A stretch of DNA of 64,000 nt, taken from Polymyxa betae A26-41. Lineage: Eukaryota; Protista; Endomyxa: Phytomyxea. The translations under genes and the position numbers were made by a program. Below are positions 37,535 to 49,518 of the stretch, piece by piece; position 1 is the first letter of the stretch; the number at the start of each line of letters is the position of its first letter. The DNA is taken from NCBI GenBank assembly GCA_003693705.1, contig RBZT01000790.1:1-64000 (forward strand), in the 5' to 3' direction. Below the pieces are notes generated by a model. It was not told where the DNA came from. It did no database searches and saw only the letters and a program-made list of their open reading frames with translations.

Positions 37535-40500
37535 CTATCGTTGCTGGTCAAAAGTCTCGATAAGCAATGGCAAACTACACGAATATACGATCGGCGAACA
37601 CCCAGCCTATCATAATGTTCAGAAGGTGTTAATCATTCAGTTAACAAAATCCCAACCTGCTCACATCTGCATATTAACTCAAACATAAACCGCCCGATGG
37701 CGATGAAGCACACATTTAAAGTTAGATGAGCGCAAGAATCGGGCTGGATCAAACCCAGGTTGTGGTCCCAGCTGCCTGCATGCAAAATTGGGCAATTCAA
37801 ATTATGTGGACCATTATTAAACCTGTCCATAGAAGCCGATGCTTTAGGTCATAATCAAATTGCCCAGATGATTGCTGAAAGCTCGGTCGAACTTTGACAG
37901 TCATCGACATTGGAGTTGCTCGTCGAACTGAAAGTAAAACTTTGATATTGACAAACTGCCCTCGTCTATCGTGACGGTTAATACAGCAAAGCAATTTTGC
38001 AAGAATACATACGGGTACAAATGATGATAGCCGCCAGTTATCAAATAATCCGAATTAAGCCGAAAATTTGGGCTGTGCAAACAAGGTGAAACCGGGGAAG
38101 AAATTGCCCTACAACAGGTTTGAAAAAGGTAAAAGTCTTCAATGTGAATCATACGTGGTCGTAGAGCTGGCAGATCGCCGATGAGGATCGTAAGATCCAT
38201 CCAGTTCAAACTATTCAGAAGATAAGAATGTGGTATATTTAGACACAACTGAATGACCTGGAAAACGAAAGGATCTGGAACAATATAACGAAGATGTGAT
38301 GGGGTAATCAGGGAGGCAGGAATGGCGATTTGACCATCTACCAGCGTAGAGCAACACTTCTACCATATTGATTATCACGACAATGCAATGCGGCCGTTGA
38401 AATTCGGACCTTCCAGTTAAAGACAATCATACTGAGGAGCTGGTTTCGGCAACTAACGTATTCTTCAACCTTACCTGTGGAATCATGCATGATGTTAGCA
38501 TCGCTAGCTACGACATCATCAGAATTTGATAGAACATTAACTGAGACGAACCCAAGGCAACGATACGTTCGTCAATTTTAACGCCAAAAGATTTTCTTCG
38601 GAATGGGAATATAATTCTTTCGGTTGAGAAAGCTTCTACTTCGTACTTTAACTCCTCTGATTGATAAGACTTAGTGGTAATACTGAATAACGTAGTGGTA
38701 TTACTGTGGCCGGGGACGCTGACAGAGAATCTGAAATCCGCACTGTTCACGACTTCACAAATGACCATGCAATCTTCCGGCCCGAATGAAGCCCTAAGAA
38801 GACCTAGTGTTCTTCAGCATCGCGAACAAAAGATATAGGAGAAGAAACCTTCTGAACAGGTAGGAAACTTCCCAGAAAGCTGATATTGAGCAACCGGGTA
38901 CACCTTTTCAGACACTGACACAAGAAATAAGGGCATCAAGGTCGCCACTCACCTCAAATGAACGGATAGAGAGCCCGGAATCCACGACGATTGGAAGCCT
39001 GAATGTGAGCTCTCGATACATTTCTGAGTGCTTCTCTGCAGCATATACTGCTTTGACATTGCATGATCCACTGTTGCAATAATATGAGAAAAATAAAACG
39101 GACTCGTAAAAACAAATACATTTTTTGCATACAGCAATCGACAACAACATAGACCGATGCAGATTGGCCAGGGCGCAGAATAAGATCGGAATCCTGTTTA
39201 AGCTCCAACATGGCAGAATCTGTGCAGTTTGAGTCCTCAAAGATGAGATTGATGTCGTTAGCAGCCACTTCTCCAACATTGTGCAAAACCATCGGCATTG
39301 ATAACGCCTGAATATGGATAAATACAGAATTTCTATTAATACGTAATCGCTCAGCGATACCTGACCGAAAAATCCCCGATAAGTATCTGATATTTGAACC
39401 TTCAGTAGAGGAACAGCAGAGCATATCCGAATAGGAACAGGATTATCCAAGAGCCTGAGAAGTTTTCCAAAAATTATTGAGCGATTGACGGGTAGTGATA
39501 GCAGCTGTTCAATACCTGTCGATTTTGTGATGCGTCTCGATACCAAATAAACGAACCGAAACATTGGATAATTGAATAATTCCAACAGAAAGGGGAAGTA
39601 TGGCAATACGAACGTTGTTTTCCTCCAATGGTTTCAGCGTAAGGGATATGGGGAAAGATTCGTAATCAGCATTGTCGCATTCAATAAACAAGGAGGAAAT
39701 AGGAAGCTCTGAGTACCAATTATTTTCGAATCAATCACATAGACTAAAGGCTAACAGTACGATACCGATTAGGAGCGGATTACGAACTGTTACGTCGACA
39801 TAAAGAAACTGCCCGACTGACAGATCGAAAGACTTTGCACCTTTCGGCTGACCTCTTTCTGGAGACATTGCTGAAGGACGAAACAAGAACACGTCATCAT
39901 CTTGATTGGTTACAGCCCGACTGGGTTTGGAACGTTGTGGTTCTCTACATGGCGATCAGAGATTGTGCATGAATTTGCAGCAGAAACACCTTGATTTAGG
40001 AATAAGATGTGCCTCGATTGGCAGGATTTTTAATCGAGTTATAACCGGCACCCCGATCATTTCGATATTTTGTGTCTTCGGGACCAAAGGAACGAATCGA
40101 CACAAATCGCTTACTGCGATTTTGTGAGTTTGGGTATGAGCTCATACTACATCAGCCATACCAATCGCTTTTTGTCGAACTGAAGATTTCACTCTGGTCA
40201 ACAACTGAGTTAGGTACATACAGACGTTGCTGAAACGGTTCGTGGCCTGGGCAGACGCTACCAACTCTGAAAGTATTGGAATCTGTAAGGCCTTCCAAGA
40301 ACGCTGCGAAGATGACTCGTTCAAGTCGTAAACTTGCGAGCATAGAAGCGACTGCATACATATAAGAATGAATAAGGCAGCCCGGACGGCGATATCTACC
40401 AATGAGAAAGATTCGTGCCATCTCTCTTTCTGTGCGAACAGCAAAGCCGCCTCTCTCATAAACATCCCGAACTTCCGTTTAGCTCCTTGCAATTGCGACA

Positions 40501-41795
40501 GTATGGCACTTTCGATCACAACGCTGATCCGGTCGTTGATTGGAATAGAGCCACACAGCTCGAACGCCCGGGACAAATAATCTAAAAAACGTCAGCTCGT
40601 TGGTATTAATGAGCATTTCTTCGAACTTTGGGATTCGACAGGCTGATGATGAGACGCAGAGAATCGGGCCAATTTGAGAAATGCCTCGATTCGGAGCGAT
40701 TCCGTGTCTGGACGGTGAGCATAATTTCTGATCGCTTTATCGATGAGCGCGACTCGATCGTCATAGGACGCGGTGGGATCGCAACAAGCGAGCCCTTCCA
40801 GAGCGGCACCTCTCCAAACAAGGTCGCCGGACGACTTGGTAGCATCGATCGCGGCCAAATACAGTTCTCGAGCGTCGCTCACAATTCCACTGAGCAGACT
40901 GTAATCCGCTGAAATTTTTGAAATGCGTCCCTAAAGACAAATTAGAGCTGGAAATCAAGATACATGGCGGCTACGGGTAGCAAACGCTTTTTTTTGGCAG
41001 GATCGTGCGCGACGGGTTTATCAGACGAAATGTATGGAAGCTCCTGTGATGAGCTCAAAGCCCTGGCAGCTTCCAACATCTCCTAAAAGCACGGTTGGAG
41101 GCTAAACCGGTGCGATTCGAGATTACTGCTGACACAGATTAGACGTTCGACCACGTCCATCACCAACGTATTCATGTAGAACTGCAAATGCTTCGTATCC
41201 GCATTCGGCACCCTAAAGTTCACAATCACTAACTCTATGCATGTATGTTAAGAGCCATACATAACGAGATTTTGCCTCTCCATGAGGTCCTGTTGTGAAT
41301 CAAGCGGCTCAAACGCAAAACACCGCTTCACTAAGGCACCCGGGAATTGCTTCATCGCCGATACGAATTCTTCATGCGGAACGTCCAGGTCGGGGTTTGA
41401 AGGGCAATGAACGACACCGATTACAGCTAGGACCTTCCTGTGAAGATATATCGAATCCCAAGGCGACTCTAACCCATATTAACAGAAGCTTGCTTTACCA
41501 GAAAAAAAGGAAGAAATACCGAACAGTCTGGGATTATCACTGAAATTGAGAAGAATATAATCGGTGTTTCTGGAGATGTTCTTGAATGGATTGTGTGCCG
41601 GAAGTGTCAGCATACTCAGATCATATCTTCGATTCCGCTTCACAACGTTCTGTAGCTTTTCATGAAAACCAAGCTCACAACCAGCATCTTTCCCACCATA
41701 TACTTATCCATGCCCTCGGGTGGAAGCCGCCCGACAGTGAAGACCGCGATCAGGATAGACCGGGTCGCCTCCAGGTCCGACCAAGCATCGATCAT
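37535..41795 (-). CDS. TRAPPC9: TRAPP II subunit Trs120/TRAPPC9 (many exons)
   Basis: KFQADYSLLSG..DARELY...GDLVWRGAALEGL, KRKFGMFMREAA, VDVTVRNPL and downstream Ig-like beta domains. Confidence 0.82.
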
Positions 41796-41888
41796 GGCGG
41801 CCTAGGCCAGCCACCGTCGACGGTTGCAGAATCGCGCACCGCCGGCGTCTTTCTACCTATAAACACTTTAATATTTGAAAAGTCTGTT

Positions 41889-42280
41889 ATGGATGTGGGA
41901 TGTCTTGATGACATGGGCGGGCCGCGTCCCCGAACGTTTCTTCAGTCAAAATTTGCTCAGAGAACCTGCGAGAATTATCATTGTTGGTTGTGTAAGGCGC
42001 AATGGTAAGCATTCATCTCTGGCATTCTTCTCGCCATCCTTGAAGTCTCCGGCAGTAGCATCGCCGGCTTCGGATTCTCGTCTGGTTAACGACGGGTAAC
42101 GGTAATCAGACCATGATGTTCAGCAGAAATGAGTTAGAAGAAGTTGCCCAAGCGCCAGCTGATAGAGAATCAGAAGCTTATGACATCAATCTGGAAATGT
42201 TATTCAGTTTGCTCGAATCTAAATTTCAATCTCTGAGTAAGATTCACAAACCCTCCTGCAAAAGGGTACACTTCATTTAA
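41889..42280 (+). CDS. Possible small hypothetical protein ending KRVHFI
   Basis: Coding-like stretches (MDVGCLDD...; MMFSRNELEE...SCKRVHFI*) and a GTAAGC donor near 42005. Splicing not resolved. Confidence 0.3.
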
Positions 42281-42326
42281 CTATTCCAACAGTTTTTTTG
42301 TTTATGTACAGTATTTCTCCAACGTT

Positions 42327-43490
42327 TTAGAACCCTCCTACAAGAGCATTGCTCTTATAAGCCTGATCTACTTCTCTGTCGTCAAATGTCTTTAACGTCG
42401 ACGAAGCTGCTTTCCTAGCAGCGCTGTTGGCAACACCAGCCTCGGCTAGTCGATCATATCCGTTCACGAGACGCGACGCTTGCTGTCCGTTGCTGACCTC
42501 ACCACCGGGAGCAGCATCAGCGATGCCGACCTCCTGCTGCTGCGATCCGCTTGCCCAATGGTTATCAAGCGCCCTCATGTTGGCAGAGTTGATGACCCGG
42601 CTCTCCTCCGAATCGCCATGTTGCAGGGCGCCTTGCTTCGACTCCAGATGTTGTGCAGCTACTGAACGTCCAGCAGAAGCCCCGGCAGGCCCAACCAGAA
42701 TAGCATCGTTAGCAGCAACTTTCGCTGTTGTTTGCTTGTTATAGGCTTCGTTCAAGTTGTTGGCATTACGATCAGCAAGAACAGACTTCTTGGCTGAGTT
42801 GATGCCCCGTTCACGAGACTCTTCAAATTCGGCCGCCTCCGACCCACCGGTTCCCAGAGCTGCTCCAAAAGGGGAAAACCGCTCGCCTACCGATGCAAAC
42901 TTGGCGGCATCCTTTTTCGAAGCACCGCGATCAAACTGCTCCGAGATGAGAGAATCTTCTTCCAGATGCTGGTCGATGTGATCGGCGTCCGAGGTCGCCT
43001 GTTCACGTCCTTGTAAGAGATTATGGTAGGAAGACCCAGCTCCAGCTACAGGGCCGCCAATCAATGCATCAGATGCTACAGTTCCTTGAACGATTCCAGT
43101 GTCTAAAGCAGAACTGGTCTGGCGCCCATTCTGGTCGACGAGCCGCGAGTTCGAAGTAATCAAGGCTCCGCGATCAAAATCGGTGATCAGGGATTTCGAG
43201 TTGGAACCTGAAGATCCGGCTGCAGCGCCAAACGGACTTCCACCAGCGCCGATATTAACGGATTGGCTTGCCGCGCCAATCGCATTCGCCCGATCATAAG
43301 AGGCGACGTTCGAGTTCGAGTCAAACTGATCTGCATGGTCGTTGTTCTGGAGGTTAAAACCTTTGCGATATCGATCGAATTGGTTTTCTCGCATACTGCC
43401 TGCATTTCCAGGTATGAAGAGCAGAGGTTCGGATAGGATGGTTGGTGTAATAGCCAACAAGGAGAGCAGGGTGAAGACGTGTAGACTCAT
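42327..43490 (-). CDS. Secreted 387-aa Cys-free protein with strict 60-residue periodicity
   Basis: Signal peptide MSLHVFTLLSLLAITPTILS. Intronless. Prolines at 27, 86, 147, 207, 268, 328. Confidence 0.85.
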   Translation of the reverse strand: MSLHVFTLLSLLAITPTILSEPLLFIPGNAGSMRENQFDRYRKGFNLQNNDHADQFDSNSNVASYDRANAIGAASQSVNIGAGGSPFGAAAGSSGSNSKSLITDFDRGALITSNSRLVDQNGRQTSSALDTGIVQGTVASDALIGGPVAGAGSSYHNLLQGREQATSDADHIDQHLEEDSLISEQFDRGASKKDAAKFASVGERFSPFGAALGTGGSEAAEFEESRERGINSAKKSVLADRNANNLNEAYNKQTTAKVAANDAILVGPAGASAGRSVAAQHLESKQGALQHGDSEESRVINSANMRALDNHWASGSQQQEVGIADAAPGGEVSNGQQASRLVNGYDRLAEAGVANSAARKAASSTLKTFDDREVDQAYKSNALVGGF

Positions 43491-43994
43491 CTAGACAAAA
43501 TTGAGCTGATCTGAATATTAGCAAGATCGATTTGGACTGGAGCCGGTTGCAGAAGGATCCCTCTTCAAAATCACGGCGAATGCCATTCGCCACAAAGAGA
43601 GTTTATGGGTCATCCGCTTTCCCATGCTCCGATGGCCGAAAATCATTGAGGTCGTCTCAAACTGCTTTAATATTTATATGTAGCAATTACATCAACATGC
43701 ATTAGCCGAATGCTATTTTACAATAATATCAGAATTGTTATTAGACACTTTTTCGTACGGAACGACAAAATCACTAGCAAAGCCAGAAACCATCAGTGAA
43801 GTCATGAAACGACTGAACGGAATTGAAGTTATGTGTACCTAGCTGTAGGATTCACGTTGCAGGTAGACAATGACAAGCTGATGTTTATCATATAAGAGAA
43901 TTGTAGCAGTAAAATTGGAACGATTATCAGCCCCAATCATAACTTCGATCGTCTTCGCAGTTTCTTCGTTCTGACCGGCGACGTCACGGAAGCG

Positions 43995-44730
43995 ATGCTT
44001 GCGTCGACCACCGATTGGCAGGCCCGCAGCCTTCGTCGTCTGTGCGAATGCCAGGTCTGTGAGCGTGACGGGCCGCAATCGTCGCACATCGATGGCTCCC
44101 ACGACCAGGCGCTGTCGCAGCGCTTCACTATCGCCGGCCGACTTCTGCAGATTCGCGGCGGCACGACAAAATGCGCCCGTGTGTTGGCCCGCTGGCTCGA
44201 AGAGCATGCCGGCGAGCTCAATCTGACTGCCAAGGATGTCGTCGAGGTCGGCAGCGGGACCGGGCTCGTCGGCCTCGCGCTGGCTCAGCTCGGGGCGCGA
44301 TCCGTCTTCTTGACCGATCAGGAGCCCGTCCTCGAGATCGTCCAGGATAGCATCGATCGCAACGATTGCGGCCCGGGTGTACAGGCCCGTGCGCTGTACT
44401 GGTCTGCTCGGGCGGCTTATGATGTGTTTGTGATTGCTGAGCGCTGGCTGCAGGGGCGATCCGGTGCCGGACGACCTGAAAGGGAAGGCGTTGGTGATCG
44501 GATCGGATCTGATCTTCGCCAAGGAGAATATCCCATTGCTGCTGACAACCTTTGATCAGATGTGTACGACGCCGGCGCAGGACGTCCTGTTCGCCCATAT
44601 TGATCGGTTCCAATGGGAGGCCGACTTCTTCGTTGGCATGACAGCCCTGCGATTCGAGACGCAACTGCTGGCCAGCGAAGACGATATCCGTATCTATCGG
44701 TTTCGACGAACGAACCAGCAGAATGTATAA
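43995..44730 (+). CDS. METTL21/family-16 SAM-dependent protein methyltransferase
   Basis: VVEVGSGTGLVG, VFLTDQ, ALYW|G, VIGSDLIF. Confidence 0.85.
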
Positions 44731-44731
44731 A

Positions 44732-45346
44732 TTAATCAGATTGTGGGTTTAGATCGAAAAAGGCATCGTTTTTCCAATCGTCGTCAGCGACGGATTTCGT
44801 CAGCGGGATCAGACGACCACTAGGATAGACGGCGGCGAGATGAGCTGCTACACGATCGGCCAGGCTGTCTTGGTCTTTAGGCCGCGCGATCTTATCACGA
44901 AGGCGCTGAATCTCGTGCTTCCGCCTTTCAGCTTCGAAATCTATCGTCGTCAACGATTTCGCTTTCTTTTTGGCTTTCCGTTTCTTTTCTCTTAACGGAC
45001 TTCTTGATTTTGGTTTTCTCTCTCTCGAACGACTTCGCGATTTCTTTCTTCTTTCGCGACCTCGTTCGTGTGAGCGATTTGTCCTTTCTCTCGATAAACT
45101 TCGTTCGTTGGAATGGCTCCTAGTGCGCTTCCTCTTTGCATGCCTTCTGGTCGAGCTATCTCGATGACCACGCTTTGACTGATGTCTGGAGGAGGAAGGG
45201 CTAGGGCTGCGATTGCCTCGCTGCTCCTCATCCTTCAAATGAGCTCGCCACATGGCGTTCTTTTCCAAGTTGCGGTTGTGTTGATCAGCGTGGCGAATAT
45301 GGCCGCGAAGCAGCCGAAGGCTGGAGGAGAACGGGTCGTCACCCAT
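44732..45346 (-). CDS. NKAPD1-like RS/K-rich nuclear protein
   Basis: N-terminal LLRGHIRHADQHNRNLEKNAMW resembles the NKAPD1 [22 protein letters not shown] motif, followed by an RS-rich tract. Confidence 0.65.
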   Translation of the reverse strand: MGDDPFSSSLRLLRGHIRHADQHNRNLEKNAMWRAHLKDEEQRGNRSPSPSSSRHQSKRGHRDSSTRRHAKRKRTRSHSNERSLSRERTNRSHERGRERRKKSRSRSRERKPKSRSPLREKKRKAKKKAKSLTTIDFEAERRKHEIQRLRDKIARPKDQDSLADRVAAHLAAVYPSGRLIPLTKSVADDDWKNDAFFDLNPQSD

Positions 45347-45816
45347 GGCGAGAAGCAATGAGATGACTTCAGATGACAACCGACGATTGAAAGAACGAAA
45401 ACATGGCTGAAGGCCGCGCCCACCAAACAGAAGAATCTTGCCAAAAAAAATCCCGTCAATGGAATCTTTTTTTGGTTTTTATCAAAGTGCACAGTCACGG
45501 CATATTTTCATAGGGCTGTTTTGTTCCGCAAACTGCCTCAAATGTTTTTGGTTCGCATAAATTGCGCAGTCAAGGCATAAAAAATCATCGCAGTAATCAA
45601 CAGACTCAGTCACGGATTAAAACGATTAACATTGCAACATGCCAGGCCATCTTGAAGCAGATCATTCCCGGAAGTTATCTACAGATAAACAGGATGTTCG
45701 ATCTGCGTTTTTATAAAGCCAGAACGAAAATAAAATCTGAAATCTCGGTAATTCACTCAGAGGGGACCCCCTCGCGCGTCCAATCGGCGTCTTCGATTCG
45801 CCGTGGCTATGCGCCC

Positions 45817-47082
45817 ATGATCTTGGCAGCCTGGGCTCGCATCCGCCGACGCTCCCTCTCCAATGACGCGGCCGACGCCATCCTCCAAGCCTGGCGTCAA
45901 CGGCAGACGACGCCGCCCGCGACCTGGGCCCAGCTCCTCGCCCACCTGCAAGCCTCGGCCGCTCAAGTCGATACCGTCCCTCTGGGCAGGGCCGTACACG
46001 CCCTCGCCAAGCTCGGATACGCCACACCTGATCTACTCGACCATCTCTCCGGTCGCTCCCTCTATCTACCTCCTGTTTCGTCGTCGTTCCTCGTCGATCT
46101 GGCCGACACGTTCGGTCGCGCCGGCCGCTTCGATCGCGACCTGTTCCGTACTGTCTCGCTACGGCTGGCCACGCCGAACGCCCTCGTCGGCCGCCTGTCG
46201 TCGTGCCGCGCCTCCACGCTCCTGCACGCGTGCGCCCGGGTCGGGTTCGCCGACCCGCACCTGTTCGCCGCCGTCAGCCGCGACGTCCTGGCCAATGTCG
46301 ATATCATGCCGGTCACGTTCATGTCGCGATTGGTCTGGTCCCTGGCCCGGACCCGAATGGCCGCCTGTAGCGACCCGAGCCGCGACCTGGCCCGATCCGT
46401 ACTGGCCCGGCTGCTGGCCATCGACCTGTCCGAGAATCGTTCAGGCGGGTCGTCGACCACGATCGTCACCGACATCATGTGGGCCTACGGGGTCATCGCC
46501 GACGTCATCGATCGGCGCCCGCAGGCCCGTCAACTGGTCGCCGTACTGGCCCGGTATCTGGAGCCGCGTCTCGAGAGGACGTCGCCGCATTCGCTGGCGA
46601 GCGGTTTGTGGGCGGCGGCAACGTTGCAGACCGATCTGCCCGGCGACCTGTTGCAGGCCGCCGCCGATCACGCCACCCACCAGATCGCAACCTGCCGCTC
46701 CAATTCGTGTATCGCGATCCTGGCCTGGTCCGTGGCCAAGCTCCGGGTCCTGCACGACCCGCTGTTCGCTGCTGTCGCCGCTCTGCCGTCGCAGCGCTGG
46801 ACGCAGTTCCGCCCCGGCGACCTGAACATGGCGGCATGGGCTCTAAGCCAGCAGAACGACTGCCGATACAATGACGCGTTGCTGGCGATCGCGCAGGCCG
46901 CCCTACAACAACTGGATCGATACCGGCCCGCTGAACTCTGCGCTCTTCTGTGTACTCTGTCCCAGCTACGGCATCGGACGCCTCTGTTCGACGACGCCGT
47001 CCGACGTCTGGGACGCGACCTGGACAAGCTCGACGCGAACCAGCGCGCCATGTTACTGTCGGCGTTGCTGGACGACAGGTGA
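45817..47082 (+). CDS. OPR/HPR/FASTK-type helical-repeat protein, likely mitochondrial RNA-binding
   Basis: About 37-aa repeats (PHSLASGLWAAATL, IAILAWSVAKL, FRPGDLNMAAWAL, YRPAELCALLCTL). Arg-rich N-terminus MILAAWARIRRRSL. Confidence 0.75.
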   Translation: MILAAWARIRRRSLSNDAADAILQAWRQRQTTPPATWAQLLAHLQASAAQVDTVPLGRAVHALAKLGYATPDLLDHLSGRSLYLPPVSSSFLVDLADTFGRAGRFDRDLFRTVSLRLATPNALVGRLSSCRASTLLHACARVGFADPHLFAAVSRDVLANVDIMPVTFMSRLVWSLARTRMAACSDPSRDLARSVLARLLAIDLSENRSGGSSTTIVTDIMWAYGVIADVIDRRPQARQLVAVLARYLEPRLERTSPHSLASGLWAAATLQTDLPGDLLQAAADHATHQIATCRSNSCIAILAWSVAKLRVLHDPLFAAVAALPSQRWTQFRPGDLNMAAWALSQQNDCRYNDALLAIAQAALQQLDRYRPAELCALLCTLSQLRHRTPLFDDAVRRLGRDLDKLDANQRAMLLSALLDDR

Positions 47083-47168
47083 CTGTCGTACTTGCCCCAA
47101 TCTGAAAAACAATACTCTGTCCAAATGTAATTATTATTATTATTGCCGGATGTTTTTTGTCAGCTCCT

Positions 47169-47584
47169 TTATTGCTGCGGCGTCGGCAGTTTATCAGCCA
47201 GCGCCTCCTGCCATCGCTTCTTATTCCAGTCGAGATTCTGCGGCAGGCGACGTGGCGCTTGGAACACGATACGTCGACGGACATGACCTGTTACAGGGCG
47301 GTCAGCGTCACGGCAGCCGAACGAAGCACGCAGGGCGCACCTGCCGAGTCCAGTACGGTCTCGACGCGATCCGGGTCGGTATCGCTGGTCCAGTGCCTTT
47401 CCAGGAACTTCACGACATGGGATCGGTCGGTCATGTAATAGTCGAAGACGAGCATGCCGACGACGACGGCGGCGATCACGATCACGATCCGGATCAGGAC
47501 GGTCTTCGCATCGGTCGTCGACCGAAGGATCTGCTGCAGATCCAGCTCCAGCGGGTCGAACGTCTTCTTCGACTTCGATTGCAT
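47169..47584 (-). CDS. Small single-pass membrane protein (likely spliced)
   Basis: TM segment VLIRIVIVIAAVVVGMLVF. Putative last exon NLDWNKKRWQEALADKLPTPQQ*. Confidence 0.5.
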
Positions 47585-47743
47585 TATCGGATGGTCAACA
47601 ACAACCACAACCACGAACAGCGCGTGTGTGACCTGTCTAGTGTCGTGCTGGTCCCCGTTCCATGACTGTGGTCGTCCCGTCACTGAACTGCATTGACTCA
47701 GCCGCCGAAGCATTTCGTAGCGTTCGCTGGCCCCGTCGCCGAC

Positions 47744-48416
47744 ATGGATGATCTGAACAAGTCCGAACAGGTACGTACGAACACAGCCGCGAGCGCTCGG
47801 GGCCAGTACGCCACGGCCCCGATGACAGATAGAGGCCGACTGAGCTGCCGCTTAGCTGGCCTTCTCCGAGGACGAGGTTGGCAAACTAGTCAACGAGGTA
47901 AGCAGGATCGCACCCGGAAGCAGAGGGGGTTGTGCTGGCTCCTCCAGGGATGGTGTTGCCTGTCTGAGCGCTGAATACAGACTCTGGACCGCGTCCTGAA
48001 CCAGAAGAACTACGACGAGTCGCTGGTCCCGGCCTGGACCGGGGAGATCTGCGAATCGCTGACCCAGAAGTTGGTCGGCCTGAGGAAACCGTTCAAGTAC
48101 GTCGGTAGGTGTTCGGTCGTACTGGCTGGCCCCCACTGGGGGCACACCATGTGTGTCGGGGACCGATTTCCGGTGATTTAGTGACATGCGTGATCATGCA
48201 GCGCAACGGCGCCGCCATCCATTCCGGCCTGTCGTGCTTTTGGGACAGCGTCAATGACGGTCGGGGCTTGTACGACACGTTGTGGACCAGGCACGGAGAC
48301 TGAGTATGGGTTCATGTACAGGATTGCAGACGGTATTATGGCCGAAGGATAGGTCCAGGGATTCCCTGAATCGGACCATGTACTGTATCACGACCGTGTT
48401 CGCTGTCGGTATCTAG
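47744..48416 (+). CDS. DYNLT1: Dynein light chain Tctex-1 (5 exons)
   Basis: [19 protein letters not shown]|[26 protein letters not shown]|[14 protein letters not shown]. Confidence 0.92.
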
Positions 48417-48624
48417 AAGCATCAAGAGGAGGGCGCTCCAATTCGTTTATAGTTGTGCCGGGTCGTGCTTGACGATTCGTTAGAGGAGGACGGTCATGTG
48501 ACCTTTGGTGGATAGATTCTATAAAGCCAATATAGCAGTATGTTGTGCTCTGTTTTGCAATTAGAGCGGTATAGAGAGGCCATTTACGCTTTCTCACGAA
48601 TTGCCTTCTTACTTCTCTAAACGT

Positions 48625-49255
48625 ATGCTAGCCCGGCAAGGTCGCCCAAATCTGGGGGAGCAGATGATCATTCTGGAAAGGTTCATGTTCGACCGGCCGA
48701 TATAATGGATCAGATCCGTCAAGGTGACCGCCATGCTAGTAGAATCATTCTCGCCGATCGTGCTGGAAAACTCACGTCTCCCGAGCCCAAATCTACAAAA
48801 ACCAAGAAAAAACAGGAGGCTGCACGGTGTGAAATAGGCTGTGATTTTGTTGGGAAGAATCCGGTTAAGCTCAGTGTCTCCTGCAGCAGGTGGCTTCGAT
48901 AGCAGACCTCCTGAAGAGCGTCGAGCTTCGTGAGAAGTTCAGCAGGCTTCACGAGGAAGCACTTTTTGCTCAGGCAAATAGTGCCAAATTCCAAAACTTA
49001 CAGAAAGGCTTGACAGATTATGTGGCTAATTCAATAATTCTCCATTCAATAGGTAAGTTAAGCAAACAGAATCCCCATCGGAACAAAAAGGACATTTCGC
49101 TCTCGATTTCTTCACCAATTGTGTTTGTGGCGGCATCCCACACCATCCCATACGCTATCTCGTTCGTGAATCGCGATGTTGTGGAGTGCAAACACCTCCG
49201 ACAGAAAGAATCGCCCAAGTTGACAGCATCAGCAGTTCTTAGCATGTCTGTATAA
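48625..49255 (+). CDS. Hypothetical multi-exon protein
   Basis: Coding-like ORFs 48705-48902 and 48890-49255 are joinable by a GT-AG intron. Confidence 0.4.
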
Positions 49256-49518
49256 GCGAATGAGGGCGGAAAAGCAATGTTGACAGCATATGCATCAGTT
49301 TCGATAAAAAACTTTACCTGCTTATTATAGTATTCAGGAATAATTTTCATGTTTCCATGCAGAGTATCGCCTTGATGGAATAAAAGCCGCGCTCTATCCG
49401 GATGGTCCAATCAGCATGATTCGACGCCCTCGTCTATAACGACGGCTGGCTGTTTCCCGTATCGTCTGGCGCTGGCCGCTGAGTTGTCCAGGATCAGGCG
49501 GGTCGCCGTCCCCGCCAC

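Noticed and set aside
45512-45740. GGGCTGTTTTGTTCCGC as a Tourist MITE left end
   Set aside because: No convincing matching right TIR or TSD was found.
45863-47284. Long overlapping/antisense ORFs (also around 33181-34324 and 56851-58372)
   Set aside because: Expected shadow frames in GC-rich coding DNA, with low-complexity R/P/S translations.
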